Shown: positions 10,575-20,307 of the stretch, in pieces
Layout: each line of letters begins with the position of its first letter
How positions within the stretch are numbered: the first letter of the stretch is position 1
DNA from: Omnitrophica WOR_2 bacterium GWF2_43_52
Lineage (GTDB): Bacteria; Omnitrophota; Gorgyraeia; Gygaellales; UBA12090
Direction: 5' to 3'
DNA: 64,000 nt
Assembly: GCA_001805445.1 (NCBI GenBank)
Contig: MHGF01000038.1
Span: 4,912-68,911, forward strand
The notes under the pieces: model-generated
Told to the model about the DNA's origin: nothing
Databases searched by the model: none
Seen by the model: the letters and a program-made list of their open reading frames with translations, nothing else
Position numbers and translations under genes: made by a program

Positions 10575-11885
10575 TTAATGTTTATGGTCCACATCTTCTA
10601 ATGCCGACTTTAACTTACTTTCCGAATCAATCAAGAAGTTACCGCTGGTTACCACCACATCCCCTTCTTCTAACCCATCGACAACCTCGTAATAATCCTC
10701 TACCTTCTGTCCCAGGCGCACTTCTCTAGCCTCCAAAGTATCATCCTCTAAAGACAGATACACAATTTTCCTTAAACCGGTATCCAAGACAGAGGAATCC
10801 CTAACCGCTATTTTACTACCTAAGTCCACCTTTATACTGGCATTAACAAACATCTCCGGCTTAAGTTTCCCCGCCGATTCTTTAATCTCCACCCTTACCT
10901 GATTGGTGCGGCTTGCGGCATCCAAAACCGGGCTTATCGCGGACACCTCTGCCTTAAATACCTCACCAGGATAAGCAATAGCCTCAATCTCAACCAACAG
11001 GCCTGTCTTAATCAGCCCAATCTCATATTCATAAATAGACACATATGCCCAGACGCTTTCTCCCGCCTCCGGCAAGGTTAGGCTGGTTTGAGCGCTCTTC
11101 TTCTCTTTAAGCATAGCTATCTGCGCCTCACTCATCCCTAAAAGTTTAAGCTTACGCCGCGATGCTTCAGTAAGGCTCTTGGCCCTTTCTATGAGTGATG
11201 AATCTTTCAGGTTATCCTCATTTTTAATCGCCTGGATAAATTCTTCCTGAGCTATTGCCAATTCCGGGTCATAGGCTATCTTGCCTGCTGCCCGGATAGT
11301 TTTAGACAAAGGCATTCTTTTGACTTCTTCGGTCTTGACCCCGATTAATTGCTGTTTTTTAGCAGTTATCATTACCTGCCGGGCTGTTTTTAAGGGAGCT
11401 TTTCCTATTTCTACCACCTTGCCGCTTGCAGTAGAAATTACTTCACCGCAAACCGGGCACATCAGCCTTTCCCCCGGTTTTATATTTACCCGCACATGCA
11501 TCGGACAGCCTTCCATGGTACAGCTGTGCTCAACACAAACTTCCTGTAAATTTTTCTCTTTCGCCGGGGTTATTTCACGTTTGGTTATCAAAGGAGAATC
11601 CGTCTTTAAATCTTCCTTAGCTTCCTCTTTAAGAACAAGTTTCATATTACAAATAGGGCAATCCCCGGGCCTATCTGAAGTATAAGAAGGATGCATGGGG
11701 CAGTAATAAAGAGGCTTCGCGGAGGTTTTTTTTGCTGGCGGCGCTTGAGATTTTTCTTGCATCTGATGGCCTTCATGTTGGGCAAATACAGCCTGCAGCG
11801 TATAAGGTATAACGGATAGAAAAAAGAGAAAAAACATACTTGCTATAGTGAATAATTGCTTACTTTTTGAAACCATTATCTTCAT
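10575..11885 (-). CDS. cusB: CusB-type RND periplasmic adaptor with heavy-metal-binding domains
   Basis: YYCPMHP..CPICNMKL, LKPEMF, SGNFLIDSES. Confidence 0.85.
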   Translation of the reverse strand: MKIMVSKSKQLFTIASMFFLFFLSVIPYTLQAVFAQHEGHQMQEKSQAPPAKKTSAKPLYYCPMHPSYTSDRPGDCPICNMKLVLKEEAKEDLKTDSPLITKREITPAKEKNLQEVCVEHSCTMEGCPMHVRVNIKPGERLMCPVCGEVISTASGKVVEIGKAPLKTARQVMITAKKQQLIGVKTEEVKRMPLSKTIRAAGKIAYDPELAIAQEEFIQAIKNEDNLKDSSLIERAKSLTEASRRKLKLLGMSEAQIAMLKEKKSAQTSLTLPEAGESVWAYVSIYEYEIGLIKTGLLVEIEAIAYPGEVFKAEVSAISPVLDAASRTNQVRVEIKESAGKLKPEMFVNASIKVDLGSKIAVRDSSVLDTGLRKIVYLSLEDDTLEAREVRLGQKVEDYYEVVDGLEEGDVVVTSGNFLIDSESKLKSALEDVDHKH

Positions 11886-11921
11886 CTCCTATGTTAATGC
11901 CAGGCATAGACAACTCGCATA

Positions 11922-13232
11922 CTATTTGTTTATGGCTGGCATTATCCCCTCTCCTTTATGCCTCAAAGATAACCCGACTTCTTTTTCTAATTCAGACAAA
12001 TTCAGGTTGTATTCCACAAGCTCCCGGTAATAATCCAGCTTAGCATCTATATACATCCTTTCGCTATCTATCAGCATCATAAAATCGTATTTTCCGGCCC
12101 CTAAAGCCGCCAAAGAAGAAGAAATTGAGCTCTCTAATATAGGAAGAAGATTTGCCTTATATAAATGTATTTTGTTTTTTGCAATCTCTACCTTACTGGC
12201 TAAATCCCTCACTTCGGAATACATCTTATTACGCATTGCTTCATAAACCGCCTGCGCCTCTTCTACATTAGCCACTGCCTCTTTTATTTCATAGCGCTGC
12301 TTAGTCCAAAACCAAAAAGGCACACTCACTGCCATAGCCAAATCCCACGGCCCTATCCCCCCGGAGGTTATCCCTCTTAAACCTATCTCAGCCATTACAT
12401 CCGGGAAAACGCTCCTCTTAGCCAAAGATTTAGCATAGGTATTTTTTTCTATCGCATAGGAAAAGGCCTGTAATTCCGGCTGGTTAGTAAGGGCTGATTG
12501 ATAAAGGGCTTCAATATCCGTAGTAAATGAAGTGTCTTCTTCCACAATAGCTATCCCCAAAGGCACATGAGGAAGCCTATTTAACAGGGTATTTAACTTC
12601 GTTTCTTGCGCCTTTCTTTCTTCTTTAAGATTGGCTATCTCATTATTCAAACGGGCTATTTCTAAATGCAGCTTTAGGACATCTCCCTGCTCAAGCTTAC
12701 CCAGGCCATACTTAGCTTCCGCGACCTTAGCAGAATTCTCAAGCAATTTTACACTTTCTTCCTTTAACTCTCTCTCCTTATAATTCAGAAACAGGTTATA
12801 ATAAGCCTTCTTCACCTCGTTAAGAACCTCAAGCTCCATATCCTTATATTCAGCGGCGGTTATTTGAGATTCAACCACCGCAATTTTTCCTTTCAGGGAA
12901 AGCCTCCCGGACAAAGGAAACGCCTGCGATACCGAAAGCATCCTGTCTTCAGCCATTGTCTTGCCTAAGGCAAGGGTTCCCTTGGGTATCTTCTCTAAGG
13001 TAATGCCTACTTTAGGGTCCTCCCATGCCTTTGCCTGGGGAACGCGCGCCTTACTTGATTCCCATCGCTTCTTGGCCGCCAGTATTTCGGGATTATTGTT
13101 TTGCGCTTCTTTTATTAATCCCTCAAGCGATAAAAAGTCCTGCTCGGCCCAAACGCCACTATTAGGCAGGGATACCATCACTACCATCAACACAAAAATA
13201 ATCTTTTTAAACCTTATTTTCCAATTTCTCAT
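11922..13232 (-). CDS. TolC/CusC-family outer-membrane efflux protein
   Basis: Signal peptide, NNPEILAAK, OEP repeat pattern, position upstream of cusBA. Confidence 0.85.
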   Translation of the reverse strand: MRNWKIRFKKIIFVLMVVMVSLPNSGVWAEQDFLSLEGLIKEAQNNNPEILAAKKRWESSKARVPQAKAWEDPKVGITLEKIPKGTLALGKTMAEDRMLSVSQAFPLSGRLSLKGKIAVVESQITAAEYKDMELEVLNEVKKAYYNLFLNYKERELKEESVKLLENSAKVAEAKYGLGKLEQGDVLKLHLEIARLNNEIANLKEERKAQETKLNTLLNRLPHVPLGIAIVEEDTSFTTDIEALYQSALTNQPELQAFSYAIEKNTYAKSLAKRSVFPDVMAEIGLRGITSGGIGPWDLAMAVSVPFWFWTKQRYEIKEAVANVEEAQAVYEAMRNKMYSEVRDLASKVEIAKNKIHLYKANLLPILESSISSSLAALGAGKYDFMMLIDSERMYIDAKLDYYRELVEYNLNLSELEKEVGLSLRHKGEGIMPAINK

Positions 13233-13254
13233 TTCTCACTTCTCATTTCTTGCC

Positions 13255-13539
13255 TCAAGCCGTTTTTCTAAACCGCGCGATAAGCTCCATAATCTCATCA
13301 ATTTTTTCCTGTTTTTCCTTATCGGACCTTCCCTTCAGGGCATTCGCCACGCAGGTATCCAAATGCTTCTTAAATATCTGGTCCTCAACCCGGTACAGCG
13401 CCCCGATTGCCGAATGCACCTGAGTAATGATATCCACGCAGTAGCGGCCATCTTCAATCATCTTCTGCACTCCGCGCACCTGCCCTTCAATCTTTTTCAA
13501 GAAAGCGATTTGTTCTATATGCGTGGTTTTTTTAGCCAT
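13255..13539 (-). CDS. csoR: CsoR/RcnR-family metal-sensing repressor
   Basis: LKKIEGQVRGVQKMIEDGRYCVDIITQ...HLDTCV (C-H-C ligands). Confidence 0.9.
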   Translation of the reverse strand: MAKKTTHIEQIAFLKKIEGQVRGVQKMIEDGRYCVDIITQVHSAIGALYRVEDQIFKKHLDTCVANALKGRSDKEKQEKIDEIMELIARFRKTA

Positions 13540-13595
13540 AGCCTTACTTTTTTAATTTCTCATTTATAACTTCCAACTTCTCATTTCTATAAGAG

Positions 13596-13625
13596 AGTAT
13601 ACAATACCCCCCTACCCTATGTCAA
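13596..13625 (-). promoter_or_regulatory. Sigma70 promoter with CsoR-type operator in the spacer
   Basis: Minus strand TTGACA-N18-TATACT; spacer TAGGGTAGGGGGGTATTG is a G-tract flanked by AT arms, typical of CsoR/RcnR operators. Confidence 0.7.
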
Positions 13626-13750
13626 GAGAAAAAAAACATCTTCCTCTCTTTAAAGATTTACCGTAGTTTGCGGTTACTAGAGATAAGGGCACTGTAGGAT
13701 AAAACCTTCCTTGGTTTCTTTAAAAGCGGCCGCCTGTAGCAGGGGCTGCC

Positions 13751-14365
13751 TTACTTTTGCTCTAAATCTCTGAGCATTTGTTTGCAGGCCTCGCGGATAT
13801 CGGTCGCGGCTTTTTGAGAAAGCACAAGATAAAAACCGCCTTTCATTTTTTCGTCGGTTTCCTCAAACATCGCCTCAACAAGCAGAGCGCTATCACCAGA
13901 AGCTGAAGAAGAAAGGATTATATTGATAATTTCATCAAGGGTCCCTGAAATAAGCGTGGGAGGAAGCGATAATACCACTCTCTTAACAATCATTCCGATG
14001 GCATTGAGGTATGAACTGATAACAATATTACCTATCTCTTTAATAGTCGATAACCCCAGTTCGGTCATCACCGATGACCTCTTGTCTTCTTCGGCAATCC
14101 TGGCCGATACGTTAATCAGCTTAAAGGCATTCTTTTCATCTAAGATAAATACCGCCTGGCCCTGTATCCCTGTAGTTATCCTGCATATAACCGCGATGCC
14201 CATCCGATCTAAATCTATTTTGTTAGAAACCCCCTCGCAGGAAACCATATCAACCGAGGGAATGGTAAGATAAATTTTCTTACCCAAAATCTCAGAAAGC
14301 GCGATACTACCGTGCGAAGCCGCGATGCTTCCTACTTCCCTAATAATATCTAATTCATCATGCAT
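13751..14365 (-). CDS. CheC-family protein, paralogue A
   Basis: DIIREVGSIAASHGSIALSEILG and STIKEIGNIV repeats; start set after AAGGAGG. Confidence 0.85.
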   Translation of the reverse strand: MHDELDIIREVGSIAASHGSIALSEILGKKIYLTIPSVDMVSCEGVSNKIDLDRMGIAVICRITTGIQGQAVFILDEKNAFKLINVSARIAEEDKRSSVMTELGLSTIKEIGNIVISSYLNAIGMIVKRVVLSLPPTLISGTLDEIINIILSSSASGDSALLVEAMFEETDEKMKGGFYLVLSQKAATDIREACKQMLRDLEQK

Positions 14366-14416
14366 GCGAATCTCCTCCTTTAAAGACACTCATTACCCTA
14401 GACAAATGCGGGCACA

Positions 14417-15031
14417 TTATTGCTTCTTGAGGTCTTCAAGCATCTGTTCACAGGCCGCCCTAATATCCGCGGCCGCCTTCTGGGATAACAACAGATAAAA
14501 ACTGCCTTTTATTTTTTGCTCCGGCTCTTCAAATACCGCTTCAATAAGCAAGGCATAATCATCAACCCCGGAAGAAGCAATAATAATGTTAATGATCTCA
14601 CTAATCGTTCCGGAAATAAGTGTTGGGGGAAGCGACAGGATTACCCTTTTCAAGATTACGCTTATAGCGCTTAGATACGCGTTAATGACGATACTGCCGA
14701 TTTCCTTGATCGTAGACATCCCCATCTCAGTAATTAATTCTGACTTTTTATCAACGTCGCTTACTGACGGCGATAACCCCAGCAACTTAAAGGCATTCCG
14801 TTCATCCAAGATAAAGGCAGACTCGCCTTTTAATCCCGTAAAAATTCTACAAACAACCGTAATCCCCGTCTCTTTCGCCCCTAGTTTCTTGGAAATATTG
14901 TTACAAGAGACCATATCAATAGACGGCATAAGAAGCGTTATTTTCTTTCCCAGAATCTCCGAGAGAGCCATCCCCCCATGTGCCGCGGCAATGCTTCCTA
15001 CCTCTCGCAAAATATCCATTTCATCCTTCAT
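14417..15031 (-). CDS. CheC-family protein, paralogue B
   Basis: DILREVGSIAAAHGGMALSEILG and STIKEIGSIV; same length as and clearly homologous to paralogue A. Confidence 0.85.
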   Translation of the reverse strand: MKDEMDILREVGSIAAAHGGMALSEILGKKITLLMPSIDMVSCNNISKKLGAKETGITVVCRIFTGLKGESAFILDERNAFKLLGLSPSVSDVDKKSELITEMGMSTIKEIGSIVINAYLSAISVILKRVILSLPPTLISGTISEIINIIIASSGVDDYALLIEAVFEEPEQKIKGSFYLLLSQKAAADIRAACEQMLEDLKKQ

Positions 15032-15059
15032 GGCTCCTCCTTGTGCTGGCCTTACTTTT

Positions 15060-15734
15060 TTACTTGGGTATACAGTGATTCAGTATATCAAAAATCGGCG
15101 CTAAACCCAACACATTTATTTTATTCGCGGCCCGCGGCGTTTTCATCAATAACAGTAAATCGTCACGCGTATCCACATCAAATGAAGCCCTTAAAAACCT
15201 ACAGCTTATTTTTGACTTTTTTAATCTGTCTATAGTTTGACGCAAAACATTTTTTGTTCCCCAGCGTATTCCTTTAAATATCTTCCCGGAAAAAGAAGAT
15301 AGCCCGATAAGATAATAGCCGCCGTCAAAGGCAGGGCCGAGGACGCACGTAGCCCTTTTTAATTTTACGAACGCATCGCGTACTGTTCGTTTATCGAGCA
15401 AAGGGCTATCTGAGCCAATCGCAATCACATGCCCTGCCCCATGCTTAAAAGCAAATTCAAATGCATGGGCTAACCTTTCTCCCAGATTATTTCCTTTTTG
15501 CAACTGGAGAGTAAGGCCGCTGCCCAGCCAACGCGTGATTTCTTTTTTCTTGTCAGCTGGCGTATAGAAGATTATCCTCTGGTAATTTGTATCATCTGTC
15601 CTTAAAAGCAGCGCCTCAACAAACAAACGGTAGAGACGCGCGGCCTTATCCGCGCCGATATGCTTTGCCAATCTTGTCTTAACCAAGCCTGCCTGAGGAT
15701 AGCGGATAAAGATGATGAGAATATCAGATTGCAT
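15060..15734 (-). CDS. DUF2064 / TIGR04282-family glycosyltransferase-like protein
   Basis: PQAGLVKTRL, QKGNNLGERL, IGSDSP, LGPAFDGGYYLIG, DVDT. Confidence 0.85.
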   Translation of the reverse strand: MQSDILIIFIRYPQAGLVKTRLAKHIGADKAARLYRLFVEALLLRTDDTNYQRIIFYTPADKKKEITRWLGSGLTLQLQKGNNLGERLAHAFEFAFKHGAGHVIAIGSDSPLLDKRTVRDAFVKLKRATCVLGPAFDGGYYLIGLSSFSGKIFKGIRWGTKNVLRQTIDRLKKSKISCRFLRASFDVDTRDDLLLLMKTPRAANKINVLGLAPIFDILNHCIPK

Positions 15735-15778
15735 AGTTTAACAGCCAGCTCCTCTAGTGCTCCGTTACCTTAATTCTT

Positions 15779-15906
15779 AAAGGATACGGGATACCGAAAT
15801 TCCACATCGGCGTGCTGATGAAATACCTATCCGCGGAAAGGAAACGCTCGATATGGCGCTCTATGGGGTTCCAGGCCTCTTTAAGTTGTTCGGTAAGCTC
15901 TTTTCC
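15779..15906 (-). pseudogene. Internal fragment of a divergent azoR homologue
   Basis: About 128 bp aligning to 18258-18385 (EAWNPIERHIERFLSAD...STPMWNFGIPYP), with several third-position changes. Confidence 0.8.
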
Positions 15907-16002
15907 GCTCTAAAAAATCACTGTGTATAACGGTTTACGAATAAAAGAAGTTGCCGAAGGCGAAGCAAATCTGCAGAGTTCCGAACCCTGGACGGATTTT
16001 TC

Positions 16003-17583
16003 TCATTTTCCCTCCACGAATACAGGAATTTTCTTTAATACTACTATAACTTTTCCATTAGCTATTGCTTTTGATTCTATTTTAAAGAAACTTGGATAAT
16101 CATTCTCATCCAAATCTGCTCCAGATTCTGTATTTGGAATTGCTTCGGTTATCTTAACTGATTTAAAGTCGCCTATATCTAAAATAATAGTTTTCGAATC
16201 CTGCTCTTCCTTCCAATAATCCCACCATGCTACATAGGTTGGGTTGCCATTCTTAATGAATTTATATAAATAAACATTATCAACTTCTGTTTTAATCGCT
16301 CTAATATTACTCCAATCGCTTCCTTTCAAAATTTCAATGAGTTTTTTGAATGCGTAATAGGAAAGCTTTTTTATGCCCTTCCCCGGATCTGGGCAGGGCA
16401 ACCATCCTTCGCTGCATTTCTGCTTTCTTGATTTCCCGTCAGGAATACCATTATAAATAAGCCCTATATAATTAAAATGTACATTGAACTCGCCTTGGTA
16501 TTTCCTATGTTCATAAACAGTTGACCAAGGGATTTTTTGGGTGTTGTTGGCAAGATTATAAATAAATCTTTTAGCCAAAAATTCTGCTTGCTGCTGTTCG
16601 CTTTGGTAATTATCCATCAAATGTTTTCTTTCTTGGATGTCTTTTCCTGAATAAGTTGCGCCTGCTCTTATCAGGAATTCTTTATCGCCATAGCCGTTAT
16701 TTTTCAAAAAATTAATAAAGTCTTTTGCTTCATAACCAGCCTCATTTTTCGCGTAATTATTAAATTCCCCGAACCAGTGCGATTCCCAGTAATCAAACGG
16801 CTCGTAGGCAAGCTTAGATTGTTTAAGCTTTGAAAATACAAGCCGGTAAAATTCGCCATGCTTGCCTTCAAGGTCAGTAAAGGAGCCGGCTCCAGCCAGA
16901 ACTATCTTTGACTGCGAAGATAGGTTTCTCAATATTTCTGCCGAATCAATTACGAAATTAACATACGCTGTGGCTGCCTTGTCACTATCTTTATCAAAGG
17001 TATCCTTGTATTCAGCATTAACTTCATTATAAAGGTTCCAGCGGACTACATACCAATCAGGATTGACCGACACTTTCCTCCCGTATGAATTCACAAAATT
17101 AACTAAAGCTGTTAGGTAATCCTTATATGCTTGCCGGGAAACTGAACCGTCCGGCAGATAGGTCTTTTTATCTTTCCTTTCTTTTCCGTCGATAAATTTA
17201 TAGTTTGAAGGAGGCCCAATGACAATCCATACGTGTGTCTTTCCTTGCCCCACCACTAAATCAATTAATTCTTTTGCCTGTGAAAAATCATACTGCTGGC
17301 AAGTAAATTTACCGCATTTCACTTCGGCTTGTTTCCTGCCTATTATATCAACGACGAATCCGGCTCCGTTGGCGTCTTTACTCAAACCAAGATCTTTTAA
17401 AATTGCAGGCAACGCGTTTCCTGCTTCCGTATCTTTTTGATCATAAGGATTACTTAAACCAAAAGGAATCTCTTCGGCTGAAAAGTTTGGTTCAGGGAAA
17501 GCAGGCTTTTGAAAAACCGAAAATGAACCACTACCCACAGCAATGATTATAACTGCAATGATCAAAATGATTAGTTTATTCAT
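16003..17583 (-). CDS. Secreted/anchored hypothetical protein, possible clan GH-A glycoside hydrolase
   Basis: N-terminal hydrophobic helix; WNLYNEVN acid/base-like motif; KLSYYAFK followed by a beta-rich C-terminus; AT-rich. Confidence 0.55.
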   Translation of the reverse strand: MNKLIILIIAVIIIAVGSGSFSVFQKPAFPEPNFSAEEIPFGLSNPYDQKDTEAGNALPAILKDLGLSKDANGAGFVVDIIGRKQAEVKCGKFTCQQYDFSQAKELIDLVVGQGKTHVWIVIGPPSNYKFIDGKERKDKKTYLPDGSVSRQAYKDYLTALVNFVNSYGRKVSVNPDWYVVRWNLYNEVNAEYKDTFDKDSDKAATAYVNFVIDSAEILRNLSSQSKIVLAGAGSFTDLEGKHGEFYRLVFSKLKQSKLAYEPFDYWESHWFGEFNNYAKNEAGYEAKDFINFLKNNGYGDKEFLIRAGATYSGKDIQERKHLMDNYQSEQQQAEFLAKRFIYNLANNTQKIPWSTVYEHRKYQGEFNVHFNYIGLIYNGIPDGKSRKQKCSEGWLPCPDPGKGIKKLSYYAFKKLIEILKGSDWSNIRAIKTEVDNVYLYKFIKNGNPTYVAWWDYWKEEQDSKTIILDIGDFKSVKITEAIPNTESGADLDENDYPSFFKIESKAIANGKVIVVLKKIPVFVEGK

Positions 17584-17947
17584 ATTTTTTGTTGCACATT
17601 AACCCCGATTTGCCTGACTTTACCCTCATTCCAGAATATAACGCCTGAGTTTTGCAAACTTGAAAAAAGAAAGGCTTCGCGCTCCATAATCTTCAGACTG
17701 CCCGCCAAACTAAAAAGCCGGAGATTTAATTCCCCGGCTTTACATATTAAAACATATCCAATGCTTCTCATTGCCTTATCCGCTTTCTGCTTTATCTTCG
17801 CCTCCTTCGCCTCATCCATAGCAGCTATTATATCATCTCTAAGATACGCTTCAACGCTATTCTAACTTAAAAACCCTCTTTCCTGCCTTCACATCTCCCT
17901 GCTCTTTTCTGGCTCTTAATACCTAAAGGATAAGTACATAGTGTTCT

Positions 17948-18577
17948 TCATAAAGTATCTGCGGTTTTTCTTGCCAGCCCCTTCGCTTCTTCAATCTTCT
18001 CATTTTGTATCTCCGGCCCCATCGCGTCCATCGGTTGGGCATTAATAAAGGTGATATCGGTTATTCCCACAAATCCAAAAATAGCGCGCAGGTACGGCTC
18101 CTCGAAATCATAAGCGCGGAATGGGCTTTCCGGGCTGTAATCGCCGCCGCGGCTGGTAATCACTGTCATCTTTCGGTTCTTCACCAAGCCCTCAACCCCT
18201 TTCTCGGTGTAACGGAAAAGGTATTTTGGCTGAATAATCAAGTCAATGTACTGTTTCAAAGGATATGGGATACCGAAATTCCACATCGGCGTGCTGATTA
18301 AATACCCATCCGCGGAAAGGAACCGCTCGATATGGCGCTCTATGGGATTCCAAGCCTCTTTCTGCTTCTCGTTAAGCTCTTTTCCTCCCAATAAGACATA
18401 CTTGCCATCAATCATCTTTAAGGTAAGACTGGGAAGAGTATCAGTCGCAACGTTTAATTCGTCAATCTTACAATCGGGATTTTTTTTGCTCAAAGCTTCT
18501 AAAAATGCCTGGCTGACCTTAAGCGTCCGCGAATCATCCCCTCTCGGCGTGGCAATGATGTGTAATAGCTTTTTCAT
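17948..18577 (-). CDS. azoR: FMN-dependent NADH-azoreductase
   Basis: LLHIIATPR, STPMWNFGIPYPLKQYID, TSRGGDY, EPYLRAIFGFVG. Confidence 0.9.
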   Translation of the reverse strand: MKKLLHIIATPRGDDSRTLKVSQAFLEALSKKNPDCKIDELNVATDTLPSLTLKMIDGKYVLLGGKELNEKQKEAWNPIERHIERFLSADGYLISTPMWNFGIPYPLKQYIDLIIQPKYLFRYTEKGVEGLVKNRKMTVITSRGGDYSPESPFRAYDFEEPYLRAIFGFVGITDITFINAQPMDAMGPEIQNEKIEEAKGLARKTADTL

Positions 18578-18595
18578 ATTTTCACCCTCCTCAAT

Positions 18596-18744
18596 GAGCA
18601 CTTGACTTATGGAGTCCGCAGGACGAACATAAGTCAATGTGCGAATTGATCCCGAAGCGTGCGAAGTAAATTTCGCAGAAATTTACGAGCGCTTACGCAA
18701 GGGATATTTAATGTATGCGAGTTGTCTATGCCTGGCATTGCTCA
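18596..18744. repeat. Multi-hairpin intergenic element (family shared with 44778-44870, 31648-31850 and 11896-11922)
   Basis: ttgacttatg / cataagtcaa and gtaaatttc / gaaatttac arms; 27 bp identical, in inverse orientation, to 11896-11922. Confidence 0.7.
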
Positions 18745-18763
18745 TCCTTGACTACGGCGTATT

Positions 18764-19903
18764 TTACACCGCCATCGCGCTTTGGGCTTTTGCTTTTTCT
18801 TCTATGGAAGCAAGTAAAGAATCAAAAGATTTTTCAAAGGCGATAACCCCGTCATTAAGCAGCTTCGCGCATACCTCATTGATATCAATTGTGAGCGCCT
18901 TTAATTCCCTGATAACCTCCGCGGCAGGCGTTATATTCTTAGTCAATGCCTCTTTCACTATTCCATGATCCAGAAATGCCTCAAGGGTAGTATCGGGAAC
19001 AGTATTCACCGTATTTTGGGAAATCAATTCACTCACGTATTTTATATCGCTATAGCGCGGATTCTTGCTTGAGGTTGAGGCCCAGACGATACGCTGTAGC
19101 GATGCGCCCTTATCCTCAAGCTGCTTCCATTCAGGCGATTGATAAATCTCTAAAAACTTACCATAAATAAGCCCGCAGTTACTCACTGCCGCCTTGCCTC
19201 TTAACGATTGTAAACGTACAGCTTCCTCCTGATTTGGCGCATTCTTTATAAGTTGCTCTATGCTAGCATCAATTGCGGTATCTGTCCTGCTCACAAAGAC
19301 ACTGGCTACCGAATGTGTATCACTTAATCTTGCGCCTTTATCAGCCAGGCGCCGCATGCCTTTTAAGAATGCCTGCGCGGTCTTGATATACTGCTCTAAG
19401 GAAAATATGAGCGTGGCATTGACGTTCATGCCTTGCGCTAACAATGCTTCAATCGCGCCAAAGCCTTCCTCTGTAGCCGGGACCTTAAGCATCAGATTAG
19501 GACGGTTTACCTTTTTCCACAGTCTTTTTCCTTCCTCCACAGTATCTTGAGTCTGCCGGGCTAATTTAGGATTTATCTCTAAGCTTACATACCCGTCTAA
19601 TTTGTTGGTTTTCTCATAAAGCGGCCGGAATATATCAGTTGCCGCTTGCACATCGCTTATAGTAAGGTCATCATACACCTCAAAAACCGATTTCCCTTTC
19701 CTATGCAGTTGGGCAATCGTTTCGTCATAATCCTTACTTTGGCTGATTGCCTTATCAAATATGGTAGGATTAGAAGTAACTCCGCTCAATCCCTGCGCGA
19801 GCAGCGCTTTGAGTTTTCCGCTTGCAATCAAAGAACAGCTTATATTATCCAGCCAAATACTCTGTCCAAAATCCCTAAGATTTTCAATTGTCGTTTGAGC
19901 CAT
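18764..19903 (-). CDS. tal: Transaldolase (long type)
   Basis: GQSIWLDN, GVTSNPTIF, GYVSLE, NLMLKVPAT, VNATLIFS, SVASVFVSR. Confidence 0.95.
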   Translation of the reverse strand: MAQTTIENLRDFGQSIWLDNISCSLIASGKLKALLAQGLSGVTSNPTIFDKAISQSKDYDETIAQLHRKGKSVFEVYDDLTISDVQAATDIFRPLYEKTNKLDGYVSLEINPKLARQTQDTVEEGKRLWKKVNRPNLMLKVPATEEGFGAIEALLAQGMNVNATLIFSLEQYIKTAQAFLKGMRRLADKGARLSDTHSVASVFVSRTDTAIDASIEQLIKNAPNQEEAVRLQSLRGKAAVSNCGLIYGKFLEIYQSPEWKQLEDKGASLQRIVWASTSSKNPRYSDIKYVSELISQNTVNTVPDTTLEAFLDHGIVKEALTKNITPAAEVIRELKALTIDINEVCAKLLNDGVIAFEKSFDSLLASIEEKAKAQSAMAV

Positions 19904-20176
19904 CCTTATGTCCTCCTCTGTTTTCCTTTACTACGCATCTATACCAAAAATTTACCTAAAATATCTACTATAGTGTAACCGGTCGGTGAACGGGGGAAAT
20001 ATTTTCCCGCTCTTCCCTCTCCCCTCGTGGGAGAGGTTAGGCGAGGGGGAAAAATTGCGAGTTTCCACTATTTACTGACCCATTGCCTATTTAACCGCAT
20101 TCGTACTTTATTCAATCCTTACCTCATCGCCGCCTTCCGTCATAAAGTCTAGAAAATCGGGATCATCCATCTTTAT

Positions 20177-20239
20177 GTAGGAGCGGACTATGTGTTCGCC
20201 CTGATTATCGTTCGGGCAGACACGCAGGTCTGCCCCTAC
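20177..20239. repeat. GTAG-type REP doublet
   Basis: gtaggagcggactatgtgttcgccc ... gggcagacacgcaggtctgcccctac, an inverted pair. Confidence 0.75.
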
Positions 20240-20307
20240 TCATATACCATCTGGTCAATTTGGCGTTCGTATTCCGATCTCTACTCGATTTTATTATTGC
20301 CAACTTT

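Noticed and set aside
10376-10601. 72-aa and 69-aa ORFs on both strands
   Set aside because: They coincide with the palindromic element and show no RBS or protein features
12961-13569. Plus-strand ORFs antisense to the minus-strand genes (this one and many others in the track)
   Set aside because: They are shadows of well-supported genes, with no motifs or expression signals
17580-17819. 79-aa ORF between azoR and the 526-aa gene
   Set aside because: No recognisable motif or RBS; probably a junction remnant
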